From positions 50,895 through 114,894 of IMG/VR virus record IMGVR_UViG_2706796139_000001: a DNA stretch of 64,000 bases, one strand, 5' to 3'. Shown here piece after piece: positions 46,028 to 54,276 of this stretch. The notes below the pieces were generated by a model, which saw only the letters and a list, made by a program, of their open reading frames with translations, did no database searches and was not told the DNA's origin. Each line of letters starts with the position of its first letter. Position 1 is the first letter of the stretch. The DNA is from Pseudotevenvirus miller. Its lineage: Duplodnaviria > Heunggongvirae > Uroviricota > Caudoviricetes > Straboviridae. Both the position numbers and the translations under genes were made by a program.

Positions 46028-46416
46028 AATTCATATTGTGAGCGAAGGATAGCGTAAAGACTACCGATATGGATTGTATCTACCGGACACTGGAACAGAT
46101 CCCCGCGCATCATGTTAAACTCGATATCGTTACGTTCAACATAGTTACCGATCATCGATGTCCATCCCATCACCAGGTTGTAACCATCTTCCGATAACCC
46201 ATAAGCCAGCTTAACAAGAATGCAACGCTTATCAGCCAGTTCTACGCGCATATGGGTACTGGTATGAGTGACCTTGTTCGGGAATCTGCGAAACATTTTA
46301 GTAAGGAGTTTGGCGGTTTCAATATTGAACGCCAGTTCTTGATCCTTACTGGTCTGGTTATCATGACGACGATCCAGATATTTCTTCATTTTCGGATTCA
46401 GATTCACATGTTGCAT
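46012..46416 (-). CDS. hypothetical protein (134 aa)
   Basis: ORF. Confidence 0.45.
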   Translation of the reverse strand: MQHVNLNPKMKKYLDRRHDNQTSKDQELAFNIETAKLLTKMFRRFPNKVTHTSTHMRVELADKRCILVKLAYGLSEDGYNLVMGWTSMIGNYVERNDIEFNMMRGDLFQCPVDTIHIGSLYAILRSQYELWDMK

Positions 46417-46598
46417 AATATATCCCTCACAGGTTTATAACGTTCTTTTCCAGTGCCGTTGCATGAACTGCATTTTGGCGATCCGTGGTTATCATATCGC
46501 CCAGACCCATTACATGCAACACATTTCCGTAATTTCCAGCCATACACGAACCGCATGTAATAATCGGTTCGTGCTGCCTTGCGTTCGTGGAAGTTCAT
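46404..46598 (-). CDS. zinc-ribbon protein (64 aa)
   Basis: CVACNGSG...CSSCNGTG. Confidence 0.4.
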   Translation of the reverse strand: MNFHERKAARTDYYMRFVYGWKLRKCVACNGSGRYDNHGSPKCSSCNGTGKERYKPVRDILCNM

Positions 46599-46819
46599 CA
46601 GTTTGCTTCTTTGTAAACAGCAACCATCCAGTAACCCATAGATTCAGTGTAGTACACGTCAACCCGTGGCATGTTACGATAAACGTAAGCGGCTTTGTAC
46701 GCTTCCAGTTCAGTTTTCACACCGAAAGAGAACCCAGTGAGATAGCTGGAATATTCCAGGACTTCACAACCAACAACTTTAGACAGACGTTTAGAAGCAA
46801 CCGCGCTTGAAATACCCAT
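46598..46819 (-). CDS. hypothetical protein (73 aa)
   Basis: ORF behind a PeSL leader. Confidence 0.4.
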   Translation of the reverse strand: MGISSAVASKRLSKVVGCEVLEYSSYLTGFSFGVKTELEAYKAAYVYRNMPRVDVYYTESMGYWMVAVYKEAN

Positions 46820-46899
46820 TTTTGAATCCCCTTTCTGTGTTTCGTTTCGATGTGTGTAATATACAAAAAAGCCCCCTGCATTGCAAGAGGCTTTTTGAA
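46820..46899 (-). promoter_or_regulatory. PeSL-like cassette (minus strand)
   Basis: Reverse complement: aaaaagcctctTGCAATgcagggggcttttttgTATATTacacacatcgaaacgaaacacagaaagggg...ATG. Confidence 0.55.
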
Positions 46900-47859
46900 T
46901 TATTTTGGTAATTTTTTGATTAATGCTTGTAAGTCGTTGATTTTAGAAAACAGTTCATCGCTATATCGCATCAATTCCTGTCTGCGTTTTGCAGCCCATG
47001 AAACCAATGTTTTTGCATCATCAACACCATAAGTGTATCCATCAGCGGATAGACGAATGATCGCACGAGAACCGTAGTCAACATTTGCATGTTCGATTAA
47101 AAACTTCACCGCTTCGAGAAGTTCGGAATCTTCCTTACTGACTAGAACACCGTTATCATCAGGAAATTCGTTTTCATCATGAACACTCGCAAAATCAAGG
47201 TCGATATAATCATCCTGATTCACCTGGCGGCGCGTGTTGTCTTCGAGACTTTCAATCTGTGAAACCATAGTTTCTACCGGATCTCTTTCAATTGGTTCTC
47301 TGTCGGTTCCTACTTCTTCCAGGAACATCAACAACCAACCAGGGATCAACGAATCAAAAGAACGCTGAATAGGGCTTGCATGGTCACTACCCAGTATTTT
47401 CAACGCACAACCGTCTTTAGTAGCGGTGTGGATATAAATGACGTTACGGTCACGCATACGGCGGCTACCATGAGAAAGGAAGCGACGTAACGAGGTGTTA
47501 TGTCCATAGCGACTCAGATCCAGATTACACAGAGAATCGATAGCCCCACGGTTAGCAATCCGGTAGCGCTTGAATGTTTCAAATCGCAGATTTTCGGTAG
47601 TTACTGGCTTAAATTCTTCGTAAAGAATATAATATTCTTTCGGAATCTCGCGATGGAGAACTCGCAATTCACCATTTTCCGAAGGAGTGAGCACAGAACG
47701 AACATTACCGTTCGCATCACAATGTACCTGCATGACTTGAGGATAATAGAACCCATTAGCCTTTATGGTGTAGTCGGGTACGCGACTCAGGCGCTTTCTG
47801 TAGTACCATTTACCAGTAACAAACGGGGTTGCAGATCCTGCTAAACTAATTGGTTTCAT
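46900..47859 (-). CDS. hypothetical protein (319 aa) downstream of the DUF262 gene
   Basis: ORF overlapping the DUF262 gene by 4 nt (operon). No confident domain. Contains HCDANGN. Confidence 0.5.
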   Translation of the reverse strand: MKPISLAGSATPFVTGKWYYRKRLSRVPDYTIKANGFYYPQVMQVHCDANGNVRSVLTPSENGELRVLHREIPKEYYILYEEFKPVTTENLRFETFKRYRIANRGAIDSLCNLDLSRYGHNTSLRRFLSHGSRRMRDRNVIYIHTATKDGCALKILGSDHASPIQRSFDSLIPGWLLMFLEEVGTDREPIERDPVETMVSQIESLEDNTRRQVNQDDYIDLDFASVHDENEFPDDNGVLVSKEDSELLEAVKFLIEHANVDYGSRAIIRLSADGYTYGVDDAKTLVSWAAKRRQELMRYSDELFSKINDLQALIKKLPK

Positions 47860-48386
47860 TTTGTGGCCTTATACATTTCAATTACGCGTTTCATGTGCTC
47901 TTGTGATTGAGGCACACCAGCGAAGTTCAATTTAATGAAGAATTCAAGACGATCCTTTTTATTACATTCATCCAGCCCCAGGGCAGGTAATGACAGGTTT
48001 TCAAAGGCTCGTTGTTCATGTCGTTGCATATCATCCCAGAACAGACGGGAACCATCCGGCATAGGAATCCCAATCTCACCCTCATAGACTTTGATGATAG
48101 TCGTCAGGCGTTGTTTCCCGTCGATTACTTCTACCCAATGGGATTCGTTGAATTCACTATCAACAGCAATCGCGATAATACCACACGGGAAACCAGTGAT
48201 CAACGTAGTCAGGAATTCATCTTGTTCTTTCTGCGTCCACACATAGGGGCGCTGATAGGATGGATTCAGATCCAGATCTTTGTTTTTCCACCAGTGGATA
48301 TAACTTCCAACCATGATCGCATGTTCGCGACTTCTGAAAGTTATCCGTTCACGAATCCGGTTACGGACTACGATTTCATCAGCCAT
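47856..48386 (-). CDS. DUF262 (ParB/Srx-like, GmrS N-domain-like) protein
   Basis: YQRPYVW and DGKQRLTT (the DGQQR motif). 176 aa. Confidence 0.7.
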   Translation of the reverse strand: MADEIVVRNRIRERITFRSREHAIMVGSYIHWWKNKDLDLNPSYQRPYVWTQKEQDEFLTTLITGFPCGIIAIAVDSEFNESHWVEVIDGKQRLTTIIKVYEGEIGIPMPDGSRLFWDDMQRHEQRAFENLSLPALGLDECNKKDRLEFFIKLNFAGVPQSQEHMKRVIEMYKATK

Positions 48387-48708
48387 GATAAACCACCATC
48401 CAGATCAAACCAGTTACAACAACCGCAACAGTGAAACACATAGCAGCATACACACGCGCATTATGAACCTGCGTTTTCATTTCTGCGATCTCTTGATCCT
48501 TTTCGCTTTCGAATTCGTCGCGGGTTCCGTAGTAGCCAGGATCAGCAGGGGTAGCGATACGCACCGCATCTTTTTCTACAATAGTCGCATAACCATTGTT
48601 TACATTTGTTGCGCCGTACCAATCACCACGATCGTTGTTAATGATCAGGTGTTGCCCCTTTTCATTGTGCTTTGATTCACCAATGACAACTACACGTTTA
48701 CCATTCAT
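48379..48708 (-). CDS. C-terminally membrane-anchored protein (109 aa)
   Basis: C-terminal TM helix AAMCFTVAVVVTGLIWMVVY. Confidence 0.4.
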   Translation of the reverse strand: MNGKRVVVIGESKHNEKGQHLIINNDRGDWYGATNVNNGYATIVEKDAVRIATPADPGYYGTRDEFESEKDQEIAEMKTQVHNARVYAAMCFTVAVVVTGLIWMVVYHG

Positions 48709-48711
48709 AAT

Positions 48712-48969
48712 TTAATCCTTCACATGTTGTAACAGGAATTCTAACAGCTTTCCTTCGGCTTGCATAGCATAAACTTTATTAAGTTTTGCGATGTTTTGAA
48801 AATCAGAGGTTTCTGGATATTCCCAAGCACCATCATCAGAAACAACTGCACCTACTGATATACCAGAAGGATCGCGGGTTAACGCCAGCCCCAGCGGGTG
48901 CAATATTTCTTTGTTGATTTTCCAGATCAGCCCCATATCGGACAGAGTATTGAAATCAACGATTTTCAT
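48712..48969 (-). CDS. hypothetical protein (about 85 aa)
   Basis: Starts MKIVDFNTLSD. Confidence 0.4.
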   Translation of the reverse strand: MKIVDFNTLSDMGLIWKINKEILHPLGLALTRDPSGISVGAVVSDDGAWEYPETSDFQNIAKLNKVYAMQAEGKLLEFLLQHVKD

Positions 48970-48970
48970 G

Positions 48971-49357
48971 TTATGCCTTTGGGACAACACCGAATGCCAG
49001 AAGACCCATACGATGATCGTTATCTGCACCGTCACGGAAGAAGTAGTATTGATTGTCGGAAATATCGGTTACGGTGATACCCTCTTTCAGATACGGCAAC
49101 AGATATAACGGGATCAGCATCAAATCAGATTCACTGCTCCACTTACGGAAACCCAGATTTTTCATTTCTTCCAGTGTCAACTCGTTAGGATCGACGGGAG
49201 AAAAATCAGGTGACCCGATCAGGCGATTAGGAAGGTCGCGAATATGCTTGATTGCGAATTCAGAATCCCACGAACTGTAAGCGATAGGTTCAGCGGCACG
49301 GGTTGCTGTAGCCAGCATAATCATTTGACAGATTTGAAAAGTTGTTGATTTGCTCAT
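48971..49357 (-). CDS. hypothetical protein (128 aa)
   Basis: ORF. Confidence 0.4.
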   Translation of the reverse strand: MSKSTTFQICQMIMLATATRAAEPIAYSSWDSEFAIKHIRDLPNRLIGSPDFSPVDPNELTLEEMKNLGFRKWSSESDLMLIPLYLLPYLKEGITVTDISDNQYYFFRDGADNDHRMGLLAFGVVPKA

Positions 49358-49767
49358 GATGTATATCCCACAATTTTAGTCAGAAGGTGTCCCATAGTTT
49401 TACGCGCATGATCGCGGATTTCGCTATAAGGAACATATTTGAAACCATCCATTTCTGTAATGGTTCGACCATTCTTAACGAAGGTTGACGCACAGAAACA
49501 TTTTTCGGCTTCGGGGTAAGTATCGCCTTTATAGACAAACAATGCAAGTTTTTTCTTGCTTGTATAGTCCAAAACACCCAGGCTGATCAGTTGGTCTGGG
49601 AACACTTCAAAACCAGTTTCTTCGAAGCATTCACGAATAGCAGCATCAATATGGGCTTCGCCTTTTTCAACATGCCCCTTTGGGATATCCCAGTGGGGCG
49701 TTTCGGTAGCGTGACCCATTAGAATGCTGCCGTTATTCAGAAAGAGAATACCAGCAGACAATTCCAT
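49354..49767 (-). CDS. nudE: Nudix hydrolase (NudE-like)
   Basis: Nudix box GHVEKGEAHIDAAIRECFEETG. About 137 aa from MELSAGILF. Confidence 0.75.
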   Translation of the reverse strand: MELSAGILFLNNGSILMGHATETPHWDIPKGHVEKGEAHIDAAIRECFEETGFEVFPDQLISLGVLDYTSKKKLALFVYKGDTYPEAEKCFCASTFVKNGRTITEMDGFKYVPYSEIRDHARKTMGHLLTKIVGYTS

Positions 49768-49768
49768 A

Positions 49769-49996
49769 TTATACCCCTTTAGAGGTAAACTGTTCGTCAT
49801 ATGCGGCAAGCGCATTATCTGCACGTTTTTTCGCTTCGGTATGTCCACGACTATCATTGATAGCGCGACGATACATTTCGACCCAGAACACGCGACGTGT
49901 ATCTTCGTTCGCTTCAAACAGTTTAATATCGCGGTATACGTTTTGCTCGTTGATCATTTGAGCAAGTTGCAGGTCATGTTCAGATTGGAAAGTCAT
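49769..49996 (-). CDS. hypothetical protein (75 aa)
   Basis: ORF. Confidence 0.4.
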   Translation of the reverse strand: MTFQSEHDLQLAQMINEQNVYRDIKLFEANEDTRRVFWVEMYRRAINDSRGHTEAKKRADNALAAYDEQFTSKGV

Positions 49997-50256
49997 AATT
50001 CACCTATTTCTTTCAGTTCAGTTTTGAGTTTATCGAGGGTCGATTGGTATTGTATCATATTTGTTCCGTCAGCGAAACGGTAATAATACAGTGTACGGGT
50101 TTCGTTGATGTCTGCCAGCACTTGCTGATCAAGCGTTGCAGGGTCAATCCCGAACGCCATTTTGAACATCATTTCGGCGCTGTCGGCAAAACCGTGCGCG
50201 TAGAAAGCGAAACCCAGCTTAGGATCGAACTGCAACAAGGATACTTTAGCCATAAT
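49993..50256 (-). CDS. hypothetical protein (about 87 aa)
   Basis: Starts MAKVSLLQFDPK. Confidence 0.4.
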   Translation of the reverse strand: MMAKVSLLQFDPKLGFAFYAHGFADSAEMMFKMAFGIDPATLDQQVLADINETRTLYYYRFADGTNMIQYQSTLDKLKTELKEIGEL

Positions 50257-50539
50257 ATTCTTCGTAGTCCTCGCAGTCTGGGAGATACGTTTCACAGAAC
50301 ATGCACAGCGTGAAGAAAGTAGGCTGGCGAATCCCTGGGTTATCCGGTAGATACATCCAGAACGTGTTAGCAAACACGATGAAGGTTTTCAGGTTTTCGA
50401 CAGTGATTTCGCTGATACCGTCATAACCGGATTGAGCAATTGCACGTTCCAGGGGAACAGGGTATTGCTCGCAATATTCGGCGTAATGTTCACTCAATAA
50501 CATTGAGTTAGCCGCTTTTACAAGATCGATGATTTTCAT
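50246..50539 (-). CDS. hypothetical protein (97 aa)
   Basis: ORF. Confidence 0.4.
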   Translation of the reverse strand: MKIIDLVKAANSMLLSEHYAEYCEQYPVPLERAIAQSGYDGISEITVENLKTFIVFANTFWMYLPDNPGIRQPTFFTLCMFCETYLPDCEDYEEYYG

Positions 50540-51006
50540 GCTTTGACATATTCCACTTTAACAGGTTTGGCGATAAGGTGATCTTTGGTGTAACCTTGTC
50601 CGTCGCAAACATCACAAACGATTTTGAAATCTTCCATTTGGTCGACCCATCCAGAATCAGGCAATCCAGAAGGGTACGTGTTGAAGGTTTTAACACTGTA
50701 TCCTTTTCCATCACACTTAGGGCATTTATACGGGTATTTCGATTTGATCGCACTATACAATTGACCCAGTGTGGTCGAATGATCAAAGTGTATAACAAGT
50801 GCTTCAACGTCAGCAATGCGCAATTCGTTTGGCTTGATCACAGTAAACACATTTGAAGGTATGTTTGGACGCATAATATATTTCTCACTTAAAGAATTTT
50901 TTGATGAAAGAGAGGAACAATCCACCGCCGAACATGATCCAGTATCCCGCGCCGTCACCGTGAAACAGGACGTAAACCGCGACACCATAACAAAAGATTT
51001 CTGCAA
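50536..51006 (-). CDS. protein with two DnaJ-type CxxCxGxG zinc-finger motifs
   Basis: CPKCDGKGY and CDVCDGQGY. Start uncertain. Confidence 0.4.
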   Translation of the reverse strand: MQKSFVMVSRFTSCFTVTARDTGSCSAVDCSSLSSKNSLSEKYIMRPNIPSNVFTVIKPNELRIADVEALVIHFDHSTTLGQLYSAIKSKYPYKCPKCDGKGYSVKTFNTYPSGLPDSGWVDQMEDFKIVCDVCDGQGYTKDHLIAKPVKVEYVKA

Positions 51007-51114
51007 TATTCAGTAAGTTTCTCATAACTCCCTCCTTTGTCTACACCAGGTATTTTACCAGAAAATAGACTACTGTCAACAACAAAGTTTTATCAACCCA
51101 CTTATCACCAGTCA

Positions 51115-51252
51115 TTAGTAATCCCCTACAGGTTGAGAAGATGCAACGCTCAGGATACGGAAAGAGCATTCATTCCACTTGCAATAAGTTTTCGCACAGT
51201 GAACACTACCTTTCATCACAAACCCGTTTGAGAACACCAGCCAGTAAAGTTT
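51115..51252 (-). CDS. small hypothetical protein (about 45 aa)
   Basis: Starts MKLYWLVF behind a PeSL leader. The listed 80 aa ORF reads through the promoter cassette. Confidence 0.3.
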   Translation of the reverse strand, partial: KLYWLVFSNGFVMKGSVHCAKTYCKWNECSFRILSVASSQPVGDY

Positions 51253-51320
51253 CATGATTGTCTCCTTTGTTTCGACACCCCTAATATAACAAAAGCCCCT
51301 GCACGAATGCAAGGGTTTTT
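51253..51320 (-). promoter_or_regulatory. PeSL-like cassette (minus strand)
   Basis: Reverse complement: aaaaacccTTGCATtcgtgcaggggcttttgTTATATTaggggtgtcgaaacaaaggagacaatcATG. Confidence 0.55.
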
Positions 51321-51860
51321 TCAAATATTTTTCAACATACGTAGTTGAGGTGGACAATCAGGAGAAGCAATCAGACGATCCAGACGAGACATAACGCGAC
51401 GGTATCCGTCATACTCAAACTTGATTTTAGGCGGTACGTAGTTCACGTTAATTGCGTTGCGCGTGTTAATGTTTGCTTCGTACTCAGGGATCACAGTTCG
51501 TAAGCGTAGCGCGATCACTGGCTTTTCTTCACCATCAAACAACTGGACGGTACAAACACACGCAAACACCTTACCATTAACGCGACGATAAGCAATAAGC
51601 TCTTGTGCGCCACCACCTTTCGTTTTAACTGCATGGTGTAGAACGTTACACGAATAATGTTTCGCAAGGCTAATCAAGATATCTCGATACAGTTCGAAAT
51701 CTTTCTTGATAGAAGAAGAACGGTCAATAAAACGATCTGCAATATGATCTCGTGTTGCAGATACCTTGACAGTATAGAAATCACCAAGAACAATATTAAA
51801 CAAGTCGTTTATTTCTTTCCGTACATCATTGATACGAGACATCAATCGTGTTCTGTTCAT
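51321..51860 (-). CDS. hypothetical protein (179 aa)
   Basis: ORF. Confidence 0.45.
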   Translation of the reverse strand: MNRTRLMSRINDVRKEINDLFNIVLGDFYTVKVSATRDHIADRFIDRSSSIKKDFELYRDILISLAKHYSCNVLHHAVKTKGGGAQELIAYRRVNGKVFACVCTVQLFDGEEKPVIALRLRTVIPEYEANINTRNAINVNYVPPKIKFEYDGYRRVMSRLDRLIASPDCPPQLRMLKNI

Positions 51861-51863
51861 AAA

Positions 51864-52487
51864 TCACCCATTACGCTTAAAGTATTCGATCTGGCGTAAG
51901 CGTTTTTCCGCAGCCTCTTTCGAATCATATTCACCAAGTTCTTTCGTGCGGTCTTGATTCAGGATAACCCATTTATCGCCGCGATGTTCGATGTGCTCCG
52001 TGATATCTTCAACAGTTTTATCAAGATCCAGCGGTTCAGCATCTTCCTCGATAATAGTCAAATCTACGGGCAGTGTCAACAGTCTTTTCACTCCGCTGAT
52101 ATCTTCTATACGGGAATCATATGCAAGCGTAACATGCGGTTTGTAATCGTCGTAATCATAGGTTGCTCCGGCATCCATCGCATCTTTAAACCGACTATGA
52201 AGATAATCCGATTCCAGAACACCGACGATTGTATTGCCATACTTCGTTTCCCACTTTTCAACATCAACCAAACGGGCAGGTTCAGAGATACCGGAAGCAG
52301 GGAACAGATCAACAGTTTTACGACTATACACAATCGTTGTATGCAGTTTTTCAGCAGAAACAGGATTCTCTACACCCAGAAGTTTTTGCACTTGAGCAAG
52401 CGCTTCACAGGAAGCCTGGTCGAACTTCGCACACATATAGATCCCTGGATCTTTCACAGGTTTCGCAATTTCAATAAAACTTTTCAT
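51864..52487 (-). CDS. 2H phosphoesterase superfamily protein (LigT-like); candidate Acb1/gp57B-like cyclic-nucleotide phosphodiesterase
   Basis: Two H-x-T/S motifs (HTTIVYS and HVTLAY). Sits 57B-like, after gene 1 and a 57A-like coiled-coil ORF. Confidence 0.6.
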   Translation of the reverse strand: MKSFIEIAKPVKDPGIYMCAKFDQASCEALAQVQKLLGVENPVSAEKLHTTIVYSRKTVDLFPASGISEPARLVDVEKWETKYGNTIVGVLESDYLHSRFKDAMDAGATYDYDDYKPHVTLAYDSRIEDISGVKRLLTLPVDLTIIEEDAEPLDLDKTVEDITEHIEHRGDKWVILNQDRTKELGEYDSKEAAEKRLRQIEYFKRNG

Positions 52488-52502
52488 GTGTACTCCAAAT
52501 GA

Positions 52503-52521
52503 AAAAGGGGCTTTCGCCCCC
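52503..52521 (-). terminator. rho-independent terminator (minus strand)
   Basis: Reverse complement gggggcGAAAgccccttttt. Confidence 0.45.
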
Positions 52522-52539
52522 AGGTTAAACGCCTAAGCG

Positions 52540-52794
52540 TTATTCTTTTTCGGTTGATTCTGCTTCATCAGGTTCCGGCAGGAGGGCGCGGATTGCACCC
52601 AAGAGGGCATCAGGAGATACACCTTGAGAACCGTCGATTTCCAGCAGTTGGCAAATCTGGCCTACGAGTTGACGATGGCTAGTCAGTTCGTTTTCTTTAC
52701 CTTGAAGGATTTCATTCAGGTCGAAAACACGGGCTTTCAGGATCAGTACATCGTTTTGCAGTTGCTGGGTTTGGTTTTGGGTTTGTTCAGTCAT
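52540..52794 (-). CDS. small coiled-coil protein, gp57A-like by position
   Basis: 84 aa, Gln/Leu-rich coiled coil, immediately downstream of gene 1, as T4 57A is. Confidence 0.35.
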   Translation of the reverse strand: MTEQTQNQTQQLQNDVLILKARVFDLNEILQGKENELTSHRQLVGQICQLLEIDGSQGVSPDALLGAIRALLPEPDEAESTEKE

Positions 52795-52805
52795 TGTTTA
52801 CACTC

Positions 52806-53468
52806 TTAAAAGTTAAATACATTCAGCACGTCAGCTTTCAATTCACTAAGCGTACCATTATTTAGGATGATAATATCATTGGGTTGAGGTTTCAAGCCTT
52901 TCTCAGTTGAATGGCTATCATCTTCACCAGTTTCACGTTCGATGAATACAAATTTAGCTCCGAACTTGCTCAGATATTTATATTCATGTTTTTGTCGAAC
53001 ATCCGTAATGATAAAGTTATCTTTGTCGGATTTCAACATTTTCTTCAATACAATATCAGTCCATACAGAATCGTTATTATTACACACGATATCCGTACCG
53101 AAAACCTGCATCAGACGGCGTATTGTCCAGGGCTGTTTGTTGTTTCTGCAAATCTCAAAAGCAGCAATATCAGCATTTCTGAGAGAATAACCTTGTTTGG
53201 TCAACGCTTTAACACCAAAGCTAAACAATACTCGCGCATCCTCGTTAGACATCAACAAGGGGGCTTCACGATCGCCTGAATAGAATGGGTTTGTTTTAGA
53301 AAGTTCACACAGATAGCGATTGTCTACTGATGACTCCATTCCGTTTCTCAGGATACGTTTAATTTCATCAGCAAGCGCCAGCGTTTCAACGTTCTCGTAG
53401 TTCATCGTAACGAATTGCGCAACAGTATCTTTGCCCGTTCGTTTTTTACCACAAATGCAATAAATCAT
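52806..53468 (-). CDS. 1: deoxynucleoside monophosphate kinase (T4 gp1)
   Basis: P-loop CGKKRTGKDT. WTIRRLMQVFGTDIVCNNND, TDVRQKHE and HSTEKGL match the T4 gp1 blocks. Confidence 0.9.
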   Translation of the reverse strand: MIYCICGKKRTGKDTVAQFVTMNYENVETLALADEIKRILRNGMESSVDNRYLCELSKTNPFYSGDREAPLLMSNEDARVLFSFGVKALTKQGYSLRNADIAAFEICRNNKQPWTIRRLMQVFGTDIVCNNNDSVWTDIVLKKMLKSDKDNFIITDVRQKHEYKYLSKFGAKFVFIERETGEDDSHSTEKGLKPQPNDIIILNNGTLSELKADVLNVFNF

Positions 53469-54004
53469 GATTCTTTTTTCCGTGGAGTCGGCACGATCAC
53501 CCGTCCATCAATTTCAATCTCCATGTGAGTGAAGTTGAACATAGCCATACAGGAAACGGCTTCATCCGAATCGTTTGTATACATAAGCTCAAGCTCTCCG
53601 AGGTTGGAGGGCCAAGCACCATAAAAGCGAAACGTCGCTACAGTTTTTGATTGCGAGTTATCGAGGATATGCAAAGCCATAGCTTGCTGTGATTCACTCC
53701 ATCGAACTGATTCAAAGGTGTTGTAATCAACAGTCCCAAGCATCCACAGGTAAACACCAAGATAAGATCGCAATTCTTCATCAACAGCAAATCGAATGGT
53801 TAACGGATCGAACTCCATTGCTGAACCAGGGATCTTACTTCGGATCATTGGGTTCAGAGGTACATCCGTAATCGGTATGTTGATAGAAGGTAGTGTAACA
53901 CCCTGAACTTGTAGTTTCAACCCTTTCATGTAGTCATTATCAGGAATATCCAATAGAAAGTTGGTTGGTGAAATTTGGTTCAGGATCATAGCAGTAGTGT
54001 TCAT
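53465..54004 (-). CDS. hypothetical structural protein, gp3 (tail completion)-like by size and position
   Basis: 179 aa (T4 gp3 is 176 aa), adjacent to gene 1. Late-promoter-like ATAAATA lies upstream. No motif confirmation. Confidence 0.3.
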   Translation of the reverse strand: MNTTAMILNQISPTNFLLDIPDNDYMKGLKLQVQGVTLPSINIPITDVPLNPMIRSKIPGSAMEFDPLTIRFAVDEELRSYLGVYLWMLGTVDYNTFESVRWSESQQAMALHILDNSQSKTVATFRFYGAWPSNLGELELMYTNDSDEAVSCMAMFNFTHMEIEIDGRVIVPTPRKKES

Positions 54005-54276
54005 TTATGATCTCCATTTTATAGATATTTATGTAGACCGTGAGCGAAGCGAACACACGAACGAAGTGAGTGTTTTTGACTCAACTACATAATTATATAT
54101 TTATATTTTATATATAGAGAAAAATGTAGTTTTTGGTATGGTTTTTAACCAGATGTAAACTATCCGTCTTCGCTTCGCTTGACGGAACTCGCTTCGCTCG
54201 TAACCTTGAATAATTTACTTGATCCTTTCAATAAATAGGTATATCATACCCATACTTTCAAAAGAGATTGAAAACA
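54005..54276. repeat. AT-rich divergent-promoter region with nested inverted repeats
   Basis: The outer repeat gagcgaagcgaa ... ttcgcttcgctc and the inner repeat aactacat ... atgtagtt flank the core aattatatatttatattttatatatagagaaaa. ATAAATA late-promoter-like boxes face both ways. Confidence 0.5.

Noticed and set aside
29946-51357. ORFs whose N-termini translate the PeSL cassettes (...GFCYI..IETK...)
   Set aside because: The recurring GFCYIxxIETK peptide in 29946..30224, 45055..45414 and 51115..51357 is just the conserved promoter/leader DNA read in frame. True starts are the ATGs downstream of the leader.
54030-54215. gagcgaagcgaa-type repeats as a CRISPR array
   Set aside because: Only 2-3 short copies in inverted orientation, with no regular spacing. 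Interpreted as inverted repeats of a promoter/origin-like region.
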